From the NCBI GenBank assembly GCA_036676495.1, contig JAKFCT010000080.1, positions 64,001 through 128,000 on the forward strand: 64,000 nt of DNA, in the 5' to 3' direction. The notes beneath the pieces are model-generated. The model saw only the letters and a program-made list of their open reading frames with translations, did not search any database and was not told the origin of the DNA. Shown here in pieces: positions 45,095 through 54,721 of the stretch. The position numbers and the translations under genes are program-made. This stretch comes from Candidatus Sericytochromatia bacterium (GTDB lineage Bacteria > Cyanobacteriota > Sericytochromatia > S15B-MN24 > UBA4093). How positions within the stretch are numbered: position 1 is the first letter of the stretch; the number at the start of each line of letters is the position of its first letter.

Positions 45095-46438
45095 TCAGGC
45101 CGGCGCGACGCAGCGGAAGGTGGCGTAGGCGTAGGGGTAGGTGGCGTAGAACCAGTTCCGGAAGGACGCCCTGAGGAGCTTGGCGTCGGTGGCCCAGGAT
45201 CCGCCTTTCAACACCATGTGCTTGCCGTCGAAGAAGTCGGCCGAATACCCGGGATAGCTCGGATCGGCCTGGAAGCCCTCGAACGGGCCGAAGGGCGTGC
45301 GGGTCCACTCCCAGCCGTTTCCGAGCAGGTCGTGGACTCCCAGCGCGCTGGCGCCAAGGGGGAAGGATCCGACCTTTGCCGGGTGGCATTGCAGGAAGTC
45401 GAAGTTGCCATGCTGCGCGGAGGGCCGATCCCAGCCCCATGGGTAAGGCCGGTCCGGATCGTCGCCGAAGGCGGCGCGGTGCCATTCGGCTTCCGTCGGC
45501 AGCCGTTTGCCCATGAAGCGGGCATAGGCCGAGGCCTCCGCCTGGGTGACCAGGACCGGCCAGTCGGGCGGGAGCGGGATCTCTGAGACGAGGTCTCGGT
45601 AGGTCCAGCCGGAGTCGCGGGGCTGCCAGAAGCGCGGATGGGTGATTCGCTCGCGGGAGAGCCATTCCCAGGCGGGGGCGACCCAGAACTCGGAGCGCTG
45701 GTAGCCGCCGGCTTCCAGGAAGGCCATGTACTGCTCGTTGGTGCAGAGCGTCGCGTCGATGCGGAAGGCCGGGACGCGGACGTCATGGCATGGGAGTTCG
45801 TTGTCCCATGCGAAGGGACCGTCGACCGGGCGGGCGCCGAGGCGGGCGACGCCGGCGGGCACCTCGACGGTTTCGAGGGCCGGGGCCTTCTCCGGGGCAG
45901 CGCCCGGATTCGGGGGGGCGGTTCCTGCGGATTTCGAGCCGCGGAGCTCTCGGGGTTGCTTGAAGGCGGCGGGAAGCTGGTGAATCATGTAGAGCAGCGT
46001 CTCGTGGTGCATCAGCTCGTGCTCGAGCATGATATGAAGCATGCGGCCGTTCTGCAGCCATGGATGCGGAGGCCGCTCCGGATCGAAGCGCTCCAGGAAG
46101 TCCGCAAGCCGCTGGCTGACCTCTTGTTTGTAGAGCTGAATGGTCTCGCGCGGCGGCCAGCAATCCTCTCGGGGAGACGGGGACCCGGGATCCGGGTCGA
46201 TGCCGCGCCCAAAGCGCGCGTCGAAATCCGGGTTGAAGCTCGCCTCCCCGAGCGTCTTGCGGAAGAGCTGGTTCCAGTTGAAAGCCGAGAGGTGCCCGTC
46301 GTAGAAGACGAACGGATGGCGCAGCCGGATTGGCCGCATCGTGTAGGCCTCCGGCCGCACCATGGCCAGGATCTCCTCGGTCCGCTGACGCGCCTGGAGA
46401 AAGGCCTGAGCAAAGGGATAGCGCTCGGAATTCCTCAT
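45095..46438 (-). CDS. egtB: Sulfoxide synthase EgtB/Egt1-like (DinB + FGE-sulfatase domains)
   Basis: Start MRNSER after GGAGG. FYDGH, EHELMHHETL (Fe-binding His), RLPTEAEW, GNGWEWT, YPGYSADFFDGKH, KGGSW, SFRNW. Confidence 0.85.
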   Translation of the reverse strand: MRNSERYPFAQAFLQARQRTEEILAMVRPEAYTMRPIRLRHPFVFYDGHLSAFNWNQLFRKTLGEASFNPDFDARFGRGIDPDPGSPSPREDCWPPRETIQLYKQEVSQRLADFLERFDPERPPHPWLQNGRMLHIMLEHELMHHETLLYMIHQLPAAFKQPRELRGSKSAGTAPPNPGAAPEKAPALETVEVPAGVARLGARPVDGPFAWDNELPCHDVRVPAFRIDATLCTNEQYMAFLEAGGYQRSEFWVAPAWEWLSRERITHPRFWQPRDSGWTYRDLVSEIPLPPDWPVLVTQAEASAYARFMGKRLPTEAEWHRAAFGDDPDRPYPWGWDRPSAQHGNFDFLQCHPAKVGSFPLGASALGVHDLLGNGWEWTRTPFGPFEGFQADPSYPGYSADFFDGKHMVLKGGSWATDAKLLRASFRNWFYATYPYAYATFRCVAPA

Positions 46439-46788
46439 GGGCACCTCCGAACTCACCCTATCGGCGGCAAGCCCCGGGAGCAATGGCCGGATAGGCGAAA
46501 AAGAGGGGCTAGCCCCCTGGCGCGATCCGTAGTTCACCCGGATGCTAAGACCGGGGTTTCCGGACACGATGGAGACGTGGGGATCTGCCGAGTCCTCCCC
46601 GGAATGCCGGGTCTCCGAGGCCTGGATGGCTCAAATGGACTAGCGCGGGCTGGTGAGTTCAGGCGGTAAGTGACTATCGACGCGCATTTGGGGTAAGTGA
46701 AATTGGGATATTTGTCCCTATTAGAGCCGAGTGGCCAGGCGTTATACTGGACTATCGGGCTCGACTCTCGTCGATGAGGGGAATCACC

Positions 46789-48684
46789 ATGCGGCATGGC
46801 TTCAGCGACTGGCTTTCGAACGTACCTCAGCAGATGAACGAGGCGCTCAAGAGTGCCTCGGAATGGTTGTCTGATGGCCAAACCGCCTCCAAGTCGGCTC
46901 CGCGCGGGGGCCGCAAGGAGGCCCCTGTCTTCCATGAACCCGCCAAGGCGACCGCCCCGGAATCCCTGGAGGCGGTGCTGAGCGACGCAAGCCAGCGCTC
47001 CGCGGCCCTGCGAGAGGTCATTCGCAAGGCCTTCGGCGACCGCATGCCCCGGGATCTCGAACTCGACCCCCTCTTGCCGCTGGCCGCCACGCCGAAGTCC
47101 TTCGGCGTCCTGACCGAGCTCTTCTCCCTCTTGAGCCGCAAGGGTTGTCCCTGCAGCGCCGAGATGCTCGCCGGCTGGGGCTCCATGGCCTCCTCGAACC
47201 GCCTGCTCGCCTCCCTCGAGTTGCTCCTCGACCTCGTCTCTCCCCGTGACGACGAGGCCTGGGGCCAGCTTTACACCCTCCTGCATGCCAGCTGGGGCCG
47301 GCCGGCCTTCGAGCGCATCTTCCAGCTCGCCGATGGCCTCGCCCCGATGAAGCGCACGATCTCCTTGCAGTCGCTCGAACTGCTGGCTCAGAGCCTTCGC
47401 GACGCGAGCGCCTGCGACTGCTTCCTGCAGGCCATCCGGGCCTTCCGGGCCAGCGACAAGCTCTCCTGGGACGATCTCGACGCCGTCGTGGTCAAGTTCG
47501 CCAAGGACGAGGAATCCTCCGCCACCATCGGCGAGATCGGCACGATCCTGGCCCAGCGGGGGCGCGAAGGCTACCGGAGCGGGGATCTGGACTTCCTCTT
47601 CAGCGAGCTCTCGACGCGGACTGCCGTCAAGCGCTACCTCCAGGCTTTCAAGATTCTCGACGAGTACCAGATCCGGTTCGACGAGTTCGACGCCTTCGTG
47701 ACCTCCTTCGCCCGTCATTCCGAGGACATCGAGTGGCTGAGCGAGGCCGTGCTCGGACTGCAGGAGGCCGGCCGCGTCGTTACGCGCCTGACTCTCGTCC
47801 AGCTGCGCGAGTGGGCTCCCACCACGGCCGCCCTGAAGCGCTACGTCCGGGGCGTCCGCGCCTTCGTCGACTCCGGCCTGAGCGGCGAGCAGATCGACCA
47901 GTTCCTGCTTCCCCACATGGAATCCGAGGCCGATGCCGCCTTGGCCTCGATGATCGGAGAGCTGGGCGGCCGCCTCTTCGACGGGACGTTCACCCTGCAG
48001 AAGGTTGAGGCCCTCATGGAGGCTCTGCCGGAGCGTGCCGCCGTGAAGCGCTACGAGCAGGCGGTCCTGCTCATGCGCGAGGCCGGCCTGCGCCCGTCCG
48101 ATATCGAGGTGCTCGCTCCGGAGTTCGCGAGGACCGCCGACGACGCCATCTGGCTGGAGGCCTTCGTGCGCAACAGCGCCGAGATGTCCCGCGCCGTCGA
48201 GCGCCTCGAGCTCTTCCACATCCGGGAGCGTTGCCCCGAGGTCACCCATATCTACCGCTACTTCCGCCTGCGCAAGCTCTTCGACGAGTTCAGCCAGATC
48301 TCCCAGGCGGAGTTCGAGGACCTCGCCTTCGACGCCCTGCTCGACGAGGAGCAGAGCCTGGGCTACCTGATGGAGACCCTGGCGGAGTGGGGGCGGCAGC
48401 ACGAATGCACGGCCGCCGACATCCGGAGGCTCATGGAGGCCTTCCCCGGCCGGGCGGGGGTGCAGCGCTACAAGAACGCCATCCAGAACTTCCAGGGATC
48501 CTGGGTGGGGCTGGATTACCTGGCGATCGCCATTGCCACCACGGATCACCGCGCGTCCATCATGGCCATGGTCGGCAAGAGCCTGGGAGCTAGGCAACTC
48601 AACGACGTCGACCGAAACCCGGCCCTCAACCAGATGATCGAGCAGGTCATCGCCAAGGCCGAGAAAGGGAGCGTCTCGGAGTAG
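46789..48684 (+). CDS. Hypothetical helical-repeat protein (~69/70-aa repeat)
   Basis: 631-aa GC3-rich ORF with a recurring (A/G/H)-(V/L/I)-x-R-Y motif at 207/210-nt spacing; no family recognised. Confidence 0.8.
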   Translation: MRHGFSDWLSNVPQQMNEALKSASEWLSDGQTASKSAPRGGRKEAPVFHEPAKATAPESLEAVLSDASQRSAALREVIRKAFGDRMPRDLELDPLLPLAATPKSFGVLTELFSLLSRKGCPCSAEMLAGWGSMASSNRLLASLELLLDLVSPRDDEAWGQLYTLLHASWGRPAFERIFQLADGLAPMKRTISLQSLELLAQSLRDASACDCFLQAIRAFRASDKLSWDDLDAVVVKFAKDEESSATIGEIGTILAQRGREGYRSGDLDFLFSELSTRTAVKRYLQAFKILDEYQIRFDEFDAFVTSFARHSEDIEWLSEAVLGLQEAGRVVTRLTLVQLREWAPTTAALKRYVRGVRAFVDSGLSGEQIDQFLLPHMESEADAALASMIGELGGRLFDGTFTLQKVEALMEALPERAAVKRYEQAVLLMREAGLRPSDIEVLAPEFARTADDAIWLEAFVRNSAEMSRAVERLELFHIRERCPEVTHIYRYFRLRKLFDEFSQISQAEFEDLAFDALLDEEQSLGYLMETLAEWGRQHECTAADIRRLMEAFPGRAGVQRYKNAIQNFQGSWVGLDYLAIAIATTDHRASIMAMVGKSLGARQLNDVDRNPALNQMIEQVIAKAEKGSVSE

Positions 48685-48869
48685 GGTCGGATCCCCGGAA
48701 CTCCGTCCAGCTGGCCTGTCCGAACGGTCGGCCAGCTGGGTATCATGCTAGTGGTCCAAGCCACGTCGCAACGGTCGGTGCCAAGCCGCACGGCGCCGAG
48801 GCGACATCGGGGCGGGTTACCGTCCGTTGGCCATCCGGGGCAGGGTGGCGAGGAATGAAAGGAAAGCCT

Positions 48870-49355
48870 ATGTCGACTTCCACCGGTCTCGATTTCGTCC
48901 GTGCCTTCGGGCAGGCCGCCGAGCAGGTCCTGCAGGAGGTGCTGAGCGAGACCCCCACCCGGGGAGCCCCGGTCTTCCAGATGGGGCCGACGATCCCCCT
49001 TCAGGAAGTCAACGTCCAGGTGGGCGTGACCGGTGAACTCACCGGCCACGTGAACTTCGGAATGAACATGTACACGGCCAAGGCGATCGCCGGCATCATG
49101 ATGATGGAGGAGGTCGAGGAACTCGACGAGATGGCCATCTCCGCCCTCTCGGAGCTGGCCAACATGATCGCTGGCAACGCCCGCACCTTCCTCAACCAGC
49201 TCGCCGGCTTCTCGGACATCACCCCTCCCTCGGTCCTGATGGGCGCCTCGATCAGCGGCACCTGGGCCCACGTCCGCGCCATGAGCGTCCCGCTGGCCCT
49301 GGGAGCGGGCACCATTCACCTGACCGTCGGCATTCGCGTAAAGGAGAGCAAGTAA
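48870..49355 (+). CDS. cheX: Chemotaxis phosphatase CheX
   Basis: VGVTGELTG, SALSELANMIAGN, ITPPSV. Confidence 0.92.
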   Translation: MSTSTGLDFVRAFGQAAEQVLQEVLSETPTRGAPVFQMGPTIPLQEVNVQVGVTGELTGHVNFGMNMYTAKAIAGIMMMEEVEELDEMAISALSELANMIAGNARTFLNQLAGFSDITPPSVLMGASISGTWAHVRAMSVPLALGAGTIHLTVGIRVKESK

Positions 49356-49720
49356 TGAGCATCCGGGTCCTCATCGTCGACGACGCGCCCTTCATGCGGA
49401 AGAACCTCGCCAAGATCATCGCCGAGAAGGGCTGGGAGGTTGCCGGCGAAGCGGGCAACGGCAAGGAAGCGATCGAGCAGTTCGCCGCCACCAAGCCCGA
49501 TGTCGTCACGATGGACATCACCATGCCCGAGATGGACGGCATCGCCGCCGTCAAGGCCATCGTCGGCTCCGACCCCAAGGCCCGGGTCGTGATGTGCTCG
49601 GCCGTCGGCCAGCAGGACATGATCGTCGAGGCCGTCCGCTCCGGAGCCAAGGACTTCATCGTCAAGCCCTTCCAGAAGGAGCGCGTCATCGCCGCGATCG
49701 AAGGAGCCATGGCCAAGTGA
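49355..49720 (+). CDS. cheY: Chemotaxis response regulator CheY
   Basis: VDDAPFMR, MDITMPEMDGI, CSAVGQQ, DFIVKPF. Confidence 0.93.
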   Translation: MSIRVLIVDDAPFMRKNLAKIIAEKGWEVAGEAGNGKEAIEQFAATKPDVVTMDITMPEMDGIAAVKAIVGSDPKARVVMCSAVGQQDMIVEAVRSGAKDFIVKPFQKERVIAAIEGAMAK

Positions 49721-51882
49721 GTCTCGAGTTCGACGCCGAAGATTTCCAGGCCTTCCTCGAGGAGGCCCGCAGCCACCTCGACACCCTCGAACAGGGCTTG
49801 CTCGCCCTCGAGGACATGGTCGGCCAGGCCCTGGACATCGAGCTTCTCAACGAGATGTTCCGCGGCGCCCACTCCATCAAGGGTGCGGCTGGCATGCTCG
49901 GTCTCAAGACCGTGGCCGCCCTCACCCACCAGATGGAGAACTTGCTCGGCGCCGTCAGGGCCGGCAAGCACACGCTGACCGCCCGCGGGGTCGAGGTCCT
50001 CTTCGAGGCCGTGGACGCGCTGGGAACTTTGCTGGTCGAACTCGGGGGCGGAACCGTCGGCAACGGCCTGGACATCACCCCGACCGTGAATGCCCTCAAG
50101 GAAATCCTCGAGGGCGAGCCTGCCGGCGACGCCCCGCGGGCCGCCGCCGCGGCCGAGGACCCTCCCTACTCCTTCGACCCCGCCTTCATGGAGCTGCTGA
50201 GCCCGAAGCACCGCTCCCTGCTCGGCAAGCTGGACGCCGAATCGCGCTACCTCTACGAGATCTCCCTGGATCTCGCGGACTGCCGCTGGGGCGACGAGAT
50301 GCTCGACCATGCCGTCATGGAGAAGCTTTATTCGCTTGGCGAGGTCCTGGGCATCCTCTCGGACCCCCCCATTCCCCCGCACGCGCCCGGCGCAGGCCCC
50401 TTCCCGGTCTCGGGCCCGGCCTTGTTCGTGACCACGGCGGAACCGGCCATCCTGGGCATCCTGCTGCCCTTCAGCAGCGATCAGATCATGGTCCTCCATG
50501 CGCCCGGAGCCACCCCCGCGCCGAAGCCCGCCGCCCCCGCGGCAGCGCCCGAGGCAGCGCCTGCGGCTGATGCGGCAGCGCCTGCGGCTAATGCCGCTAA
50601 GACTTCGGCCGTGCCTGCGGCCTCGAACGCCCCCAAGGAGGCCCCCGCGGCCAAGAAGCCGGCTGCCGTGGCCCAGAGCATCCGCGTCGACGTCGAGCGC
50701 CTCGACCTCCTCATGGACGTCGTCGGTGAGCTGGTCATCGGCAATACCCGCCTCGCCCAGCTGGGCACCGAGCTCGAGCACCGCTACGATCGCGAGCCCC
50801 TGGTCGGAACCCTCAACGAGACCCTCGCCCAGGTGGGACGTCTCATGAGCGAGCTTCAGCTCACCGTCATGCGCGTCCGGATGATCCCCGTCGAACGGGT
50901 CTTCAGCAAGTTCCCCCGCCTGATCCGCGACCTGGCCAAGACCATGGACAAGGAGATCAAGCTGGAGATCTTCGGCCAGGACACCGAGCTCGACAAGACG
51001 GTCGTCGAGGAGCTCGAGGATCCCTTGGTCCACCTCCTGCGCAACGCCGCCGATCACGGCATCGAGCGGCCCGACGTCCGTGAAGGCAGCGGCAAGTCCC
51101 GCGTCGGCGTCATCCGCCTTGGAGCGCACCGGGAGGGCAACCACATCGTCATCAGCATCGCGGACGACGGTGGCGGCATCAACCCCGAGAAGATCCTGGC
51201 CAAGGCCCGCAAGATGGGCATCGCCACCGTCGACGGCACCTACTCCGACATGGACGCCTTGCAGTTCATCTTCCATCCGGGCTTCAGCACGGCCGAGAAG
51301 GTGACGGACGTCTCGGGCCGCGGCGTCGGCATGGACGTGGTGAACCAGAACATCCGCAAGATCAAGGGCACCATCCAGGTGGTCTCCAAGGTCGGCGAGG
51401 GCTCCAAGTTCATCATCAAGCTGCCTCTGACCCTGGCCATCACCAAGGCGTTGCTCATCAAGGCCGGTGGTGACTTCTTCGCCATCCCGCTCGACGCGGT
51501 CAAGGAATCCATCCGGGTGGCCAACTCGGACATCAAGACCGTCAACCAGCGGGAGGTGATCCAGCTGCGCGACCGGGTGGTGCCCTTGTTCCGCCTGTCC
51601 CAGGCCTTCGGCCTCCGCCCGCAGCCCCGCGCGAGCCGCTACTCGCCGGTGGTGATCGTCGGAGGCGAATCCAAGCAAATCGGCCTGGTGGTCGATTCGC
51701 TCGAAGGCGAGCAGGACGTGGTCATCAAGTCCATGGGAGACTACCTGGGCGAGATCCGAGGCGTCGCCGGCGCGACGATCCTGGGAGACGGCCGAGTGGC
51801 CTTGATCTTGGACATCGCGACCCTGATCGACGAGGGAGAGGGTAAGGACCGCCATGAATCCGGGGCGTACCACGCCGTCTGA
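49717..51882 (+). CDS. cheA: Chemotaxis histidine kinase CheA
   Basis: GTG overlaps the cheY stop. FRGAHSIKG, IRVDVERLD, HLLRNAADHGIE, SGRGVGMDVV, C-terminal CheW domain. Confidence 0.95.
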   Translation: MSLEFDAEDFQAFLEEARSHLDTLEQGLLALEDMVGQALDIELLNEMFRGAHSIKGAAGMLGLKTVAALTHQMENLLGAVRAGKHTLTARGVEVLFEAVDALGTLLVELGGGTVGNGLDITPTVNALKEILEGEPAGDAPRAAAAAEDPPYSFDPAFMELLSPKHRSLLGKLDAESRYLYEISLDLADCRWGDEMLDHAVMEKLYSLGEVLGILSDPPIPPHAPGAGPFPVSGPALFVTTAEPAILGILLPFSSDQIMVLHAPGATPAPKPAAPAAAPEAAPAADAAAPAANAAKTSAVPAASNAPKEAPAAKKPAAVAQSIRVDVERLDLLMDVVGELVIGNTRLAQLGTELEHRYDREPLVGTLNETLAQVGRLMSELQLTVMRVRMIPVERVFSKFPRLIRDLAKTMDKEIKLEIFGQDTELDKTVVEELEDPLVHLLRNAADHGIERPDVREGSGKSRVGVIRLGAHREGNHIVISIADDGGGINPEKILAKARKMGIATVDGTYSDMDALQFIFHPGFSTAEKVTDVSGRGVGMDVVNQNIRKIKGTIQVVSKVGEGSKFIIKLPLTLAITKALLIKAGGDFFAIPLDAVKESIRVANSDIKTVNQREVIQLRDRVVPLFRLSQAFGLRPQPRASRYSPVVIVGGESKQIGLVVDSLEGEQDVVIKSMGDYLGEIRGVAGATILGDGRVALILDIATLIDEGEGKDRHESGAYHAV

Positions 51883-52690
51883 CGCCGTGGCGTTCCAGAC
51901 GATTCGTGACTGGCTTTACCAGGAGACGGCCCTGGCCTATCCCGATAGCAAGCGCACCTTCATGGAGCGCCGGCTCTGGGATGCGGCCCAGGAGTGGGGC
52001 GCTCGGGATCTGGCCGAGCTCTGGAGCAAGTGCCTGTCGTCGGAGACGGTGAAGGCCAGCGTCATCGACGCCCTGACCATCAACGAGACCAGCTTCTTCC
52101 GGATGCCGGCTCACTTCCAGGCCTTGGCCACCCTGCTTCCCGAGCTTGCGGCGCGTCGCCGGTCCGGCATCCTGGACCGGCCGCGCCTGCGCCTCTGGAG
52201 CGCGGCCTGCTCGACGGGCGAAGAGCCCTATTCCCTGGCGATGACCGTGCTGGCCCAGAACGACCGCAGCTACACGACGGAGATCCTGGCCACCGACCTC
52301 TGCCAGCAAGCCCTTGCCAAGGCCCGCGAGGGCCTCTACAGTGATTGGCGGCTGGAGAATCTTCCGGCGGGCTACCGCGGCGCGTACTTCGAGCCGGTGG
52401 AGCAGGGCCTCCGGGTCAAGCCCAGCGTCCGGGAGCTCTTGCGCTTTCAGCCGCACAACCTGAAGGCGCCGCCTCCGGCGGGCCCCTGGGACGTCATCTT
52501 CTGCCGCAACGTCATGATTTACTTCGACAACGACTTTCGCGAAGCGCTCCTGCAGCGCCTCTACGAGTCCCTGACCCCCGGGGGCGTCCTGTTCGTCGGA
52601 GAGGGCGAGACCCTTCACCTGGTCCCGCATGCGTTCGAAACCCATCCTCTCGCCGGTGCGGTGGTCTACCGGCGTCCGATAAAGGAGTGA
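51854..52690 (+). CDS. cheR: Chemotaxis methyltransferase CheR (copy 1)
   Basis: TINETSFFR, WSAACSTGEEPYS, DVIFCRNVMIYF. Confidence 0.92.
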   Translation: MNPGRTTPSDAVAFQTIRDWLYQETALAYPDSKRTFMERRLWDAAQEWGARDLAELWSKCLSSETVKASVIDALTINETSFFRMPAHFQALATLLPELAARRRSGILDRPRLRLWSAACSTGEEPYSLAMTVLAQNDRSYTTEILATDLCQQALAKAREGLYSDWRLENLPAGYRGAYFEPVEQGLRVKPSVRELLRFQPHNLKAPPPAGPWDVIFCRNVMIYFDNDFREALLQRLYESLTPGGVLFVGEGETLHLVPHAFETHPLAGAVVYRRPIKE

Positions 52691-52693
52691 TCC

Positions 52694-53548
52694 ATGGAAA
52701 TCTCGCGCGGCGAGTTGCTGCAGCTGAGGGATGTCATCCAAGGCTACTGCGGCATTCGTCTTGAGGAGAGCAAGCTCGAGTTCCTCAAGGACCGCTTGAT
52801 TCCCGTGGCCCGGGCGCACGGCGCCTCGACCTTGTCGGCGTTCAGCCAGACGCTTCTCAAGGAGATGGCCTTCGGCACCCTCAAGGCCTGGAACGACCTC
52901 CTGCCCCTGGTGACGATCAACGAGACCTACTTCTTCCGCGAGATGAACCAGCTCGAGTTGTTCAAGAACGAACTCTGGCCGGAGATTGCCAAGCGCAAGA
53001 CCAACCGGACCCTGCGGATCTTGAGCGCGCCCTGCTCGTCGGGCGAGGAGCCGTACACCATCGCCATGCTGCTGGACGAGGCGGCGGTCTCGCTGGCGGG
53101 ATGGAACGTGGAGATCTGGGGGGTCGACATCGACGGCCCGGTGATCCAGAAGGCCCAGGCGGGCCTCTACCCGCGCTCGGCGTTCCGGGCCACGGACGGC
53201 AAGTACCTGTCCAAGTACTTCACCCAGGAGGGGGATCTCTACCGGGTGGGAAGCCGCCTGGCGGGCCGGGTCAAGTTCCGGCAGGGCAATCTCTTCGAGA
53301 TGGCGAAGTGGCCGGGATTCTCGGCCTTCGACGTGATCTTTTGCCGGAACTTGCTGATCTACTTCGACAAGCCCACCCAGAAGCGCCTCGTCGAGGTCTT
53401 CCACCGGTCGATCGTGCCCGGCGGGTACCTCTTGATTGGCCATTCGGAGTCTCTCTTGTCCCTGGAGGTGGACTTCATGCTGCGATCCAACAAGCAGGCC
53501 ATCTACTACGAAGCCCTCGACACGTCGCGGACGGTCCGTCATGGGTAG
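52694..53548 (+). CDS. cheR: Chemotaxis methyltransferase CheR (copy 2)
   Basis: TINETYFFRE, SAPCSSGEEPYT, IFCRNLLIYF, GHSES. Confidence 0.92.
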   Translation: MEISRGELLQLRDVIQGYCGIRLEESKLEFLKDRLIPVARAHGASTLSAFSQTLLKEMAFGTLKAWNDLLPLVTINETYFFREMNQLELFKNELWPEIAKRKTNRTLRILSAPCSSGEEPYTIAMLLDEAAVSLAGWNVEIWGVDIDGPVIQKAQAGLYPRSAFRATDGKYLSKYFTQEGDLYRVGSRLAGRVKFRQGNLFEMAKWPGFSAFDVIFCRNLLIYFDKPTQKRLVEVFHRSIVPGGYLLIGHSESLLSLEVDFMLRSNKQAIYYEALDTSRTVRHG

Positions 53549-54599
53549 GCCGGTCAAGGTCCTGGTGGTGGACGACTCGCCCTTCATGCGGCGGGCCATC
53601 ACCCGGATGATCACGTCGGAGCCCGGCTTCGAGATTGTCGGGCAAGCCACCAACGGCGCGGAGGCGATCGCCCTCATTGCCGAGCTGCGCCCCGACGTCG
53701 TCACCATGGACATCGAGATGCCCGTCATGGACGGCTTGACCGCCCTGAAGCGCATCATGGCCGAGCGCCCCCTGCCCATCATCATGATGAGCACGCTCAC
53801 CCAGAGCGGCTCCTCGGAGACCCTGCAGGCCCTGGAGCTGGGCGCCTTCGACTTCGTCCCGAAGCCCGAGTCCTCCATGCTCGACGTCTTCACCGTCCAG
53901 CATGAGCTCACCTCCAAGATCAAGGAGGCGAGCCGTCCGCGCCGGACCGGCCCGCTGCCTCCGATGCCCCCCGTGCCCACCGCGATCCCGCCCAAGATCG
54001 GCGAGCCCCGCGGGACCCAGCGGATCGAGCTGGTGGCGATCGGGATCTCCACCGGAGGCCCCCCGGCCCTCCAGGCGGTCCTGCCCCAGCTGCCCTCGGA
54101 TTTCCCGGTGCCGGTCCTGGTGGTCCAGCACATGCCGCCCGGCTTCACGAAATCCCTGGCCGAGCGCCTCGACAAGCTCTCCTGCGTCCGGGTCAAGGAA
54201 GCCGAGCAAGGCGAGAAGTTGGAGGCGGGAACCGTCTACATCGCGCCGGCCGGCTGGCACCTGACCGTGAAGTCGGATTCGCGCGGCTCGTTCGTCCAGC
54301 TGATCGATTCCTCGGATTCCAAGACCTGGCACAAGCCCTCGGTGGACGTGATGATGGCCTCGGTGGCCATGACCTACGGCTCGCGGGCGCTCGGCCTGAT
54401 CATGACCGGCATGGGCAACGACGGCACGGCCGGAGCGGGCGCCATGAAGCGGGCCGGATCCCCAATCTGGGCCCAGGACGAGGAGACCTGCGTGGTCTAC
54501 GGCATGCCCCGGGCCGTCTTCGAGTCCGGAGTGGTCGACAAGGTCCTGCCGCTGCCGCGGATCGCCGCGGAACTCACGCGGATCTTCCGCCCCAACTAG
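53541..54599 (+). CDS. cheB: Chemotaxis methylesterase CheB
   Basis: REC domain plus GISTGGP, QHMPPGFT, KPSVD, MTGMGNDG, VYGMP. Confidence 0.95.
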   Translation: MGRPVKVLVVDDSPFMRRAITRMITSEPGFEIVGQATNGAEAIALIAELRPDVVTMDIEMPVMDGLTALKRIMAERPLPIIMMSTLTQSGSSETLQALELGAFDFVPKPESSMLDVFTVQHELTSKIKEASRPRRTGPLPPMPPVPTAIPPKIGEPRGTQRIELVAIGISTGGPPALQAVLPQLPSDFPVPVLVVQHMPPGFTKSLAERLDKLSCVRVKEAEQGEKLEAGTVYIAPAGWHLTVKSDSRGSFVQLIDSSDSKTWHKPSVDVMMASVAMTYGSRALGLIMTGMGNDGTAGAGAMKRAGSPIWAQDEETCVVYGMPRAVFESGVVDKVLPLPRIAAELTRIFRPN

Positions 54600-54640
54600 C
54601 CCCCGAATTGCCCTGCGCGGGCCTTCACGAGACGCCGACG

Positions 54641-54678
54641 ACGGACGCGCCCCCCGCTGCGGGGGACGCGTCCGTTTG
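54641..54678 (+). terminator. Hairpin after cheB (probable terminator)
   Basis: ACGGACGCGcCCCCCGC-t-GCGGGGGaCGCGTCCGT followed by TTG. Confidence 0.55.
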
Positions 54679-54721
54679 AGCTATACTAGAGCGATTCGGG
54701 CCCCATCACAGGAGGATCTTC

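Noticed and set aside
50515-50670. Ala/Pro repeats in cheA
   Set aside because: Ordinary flexible linker before the dimerisation domain.
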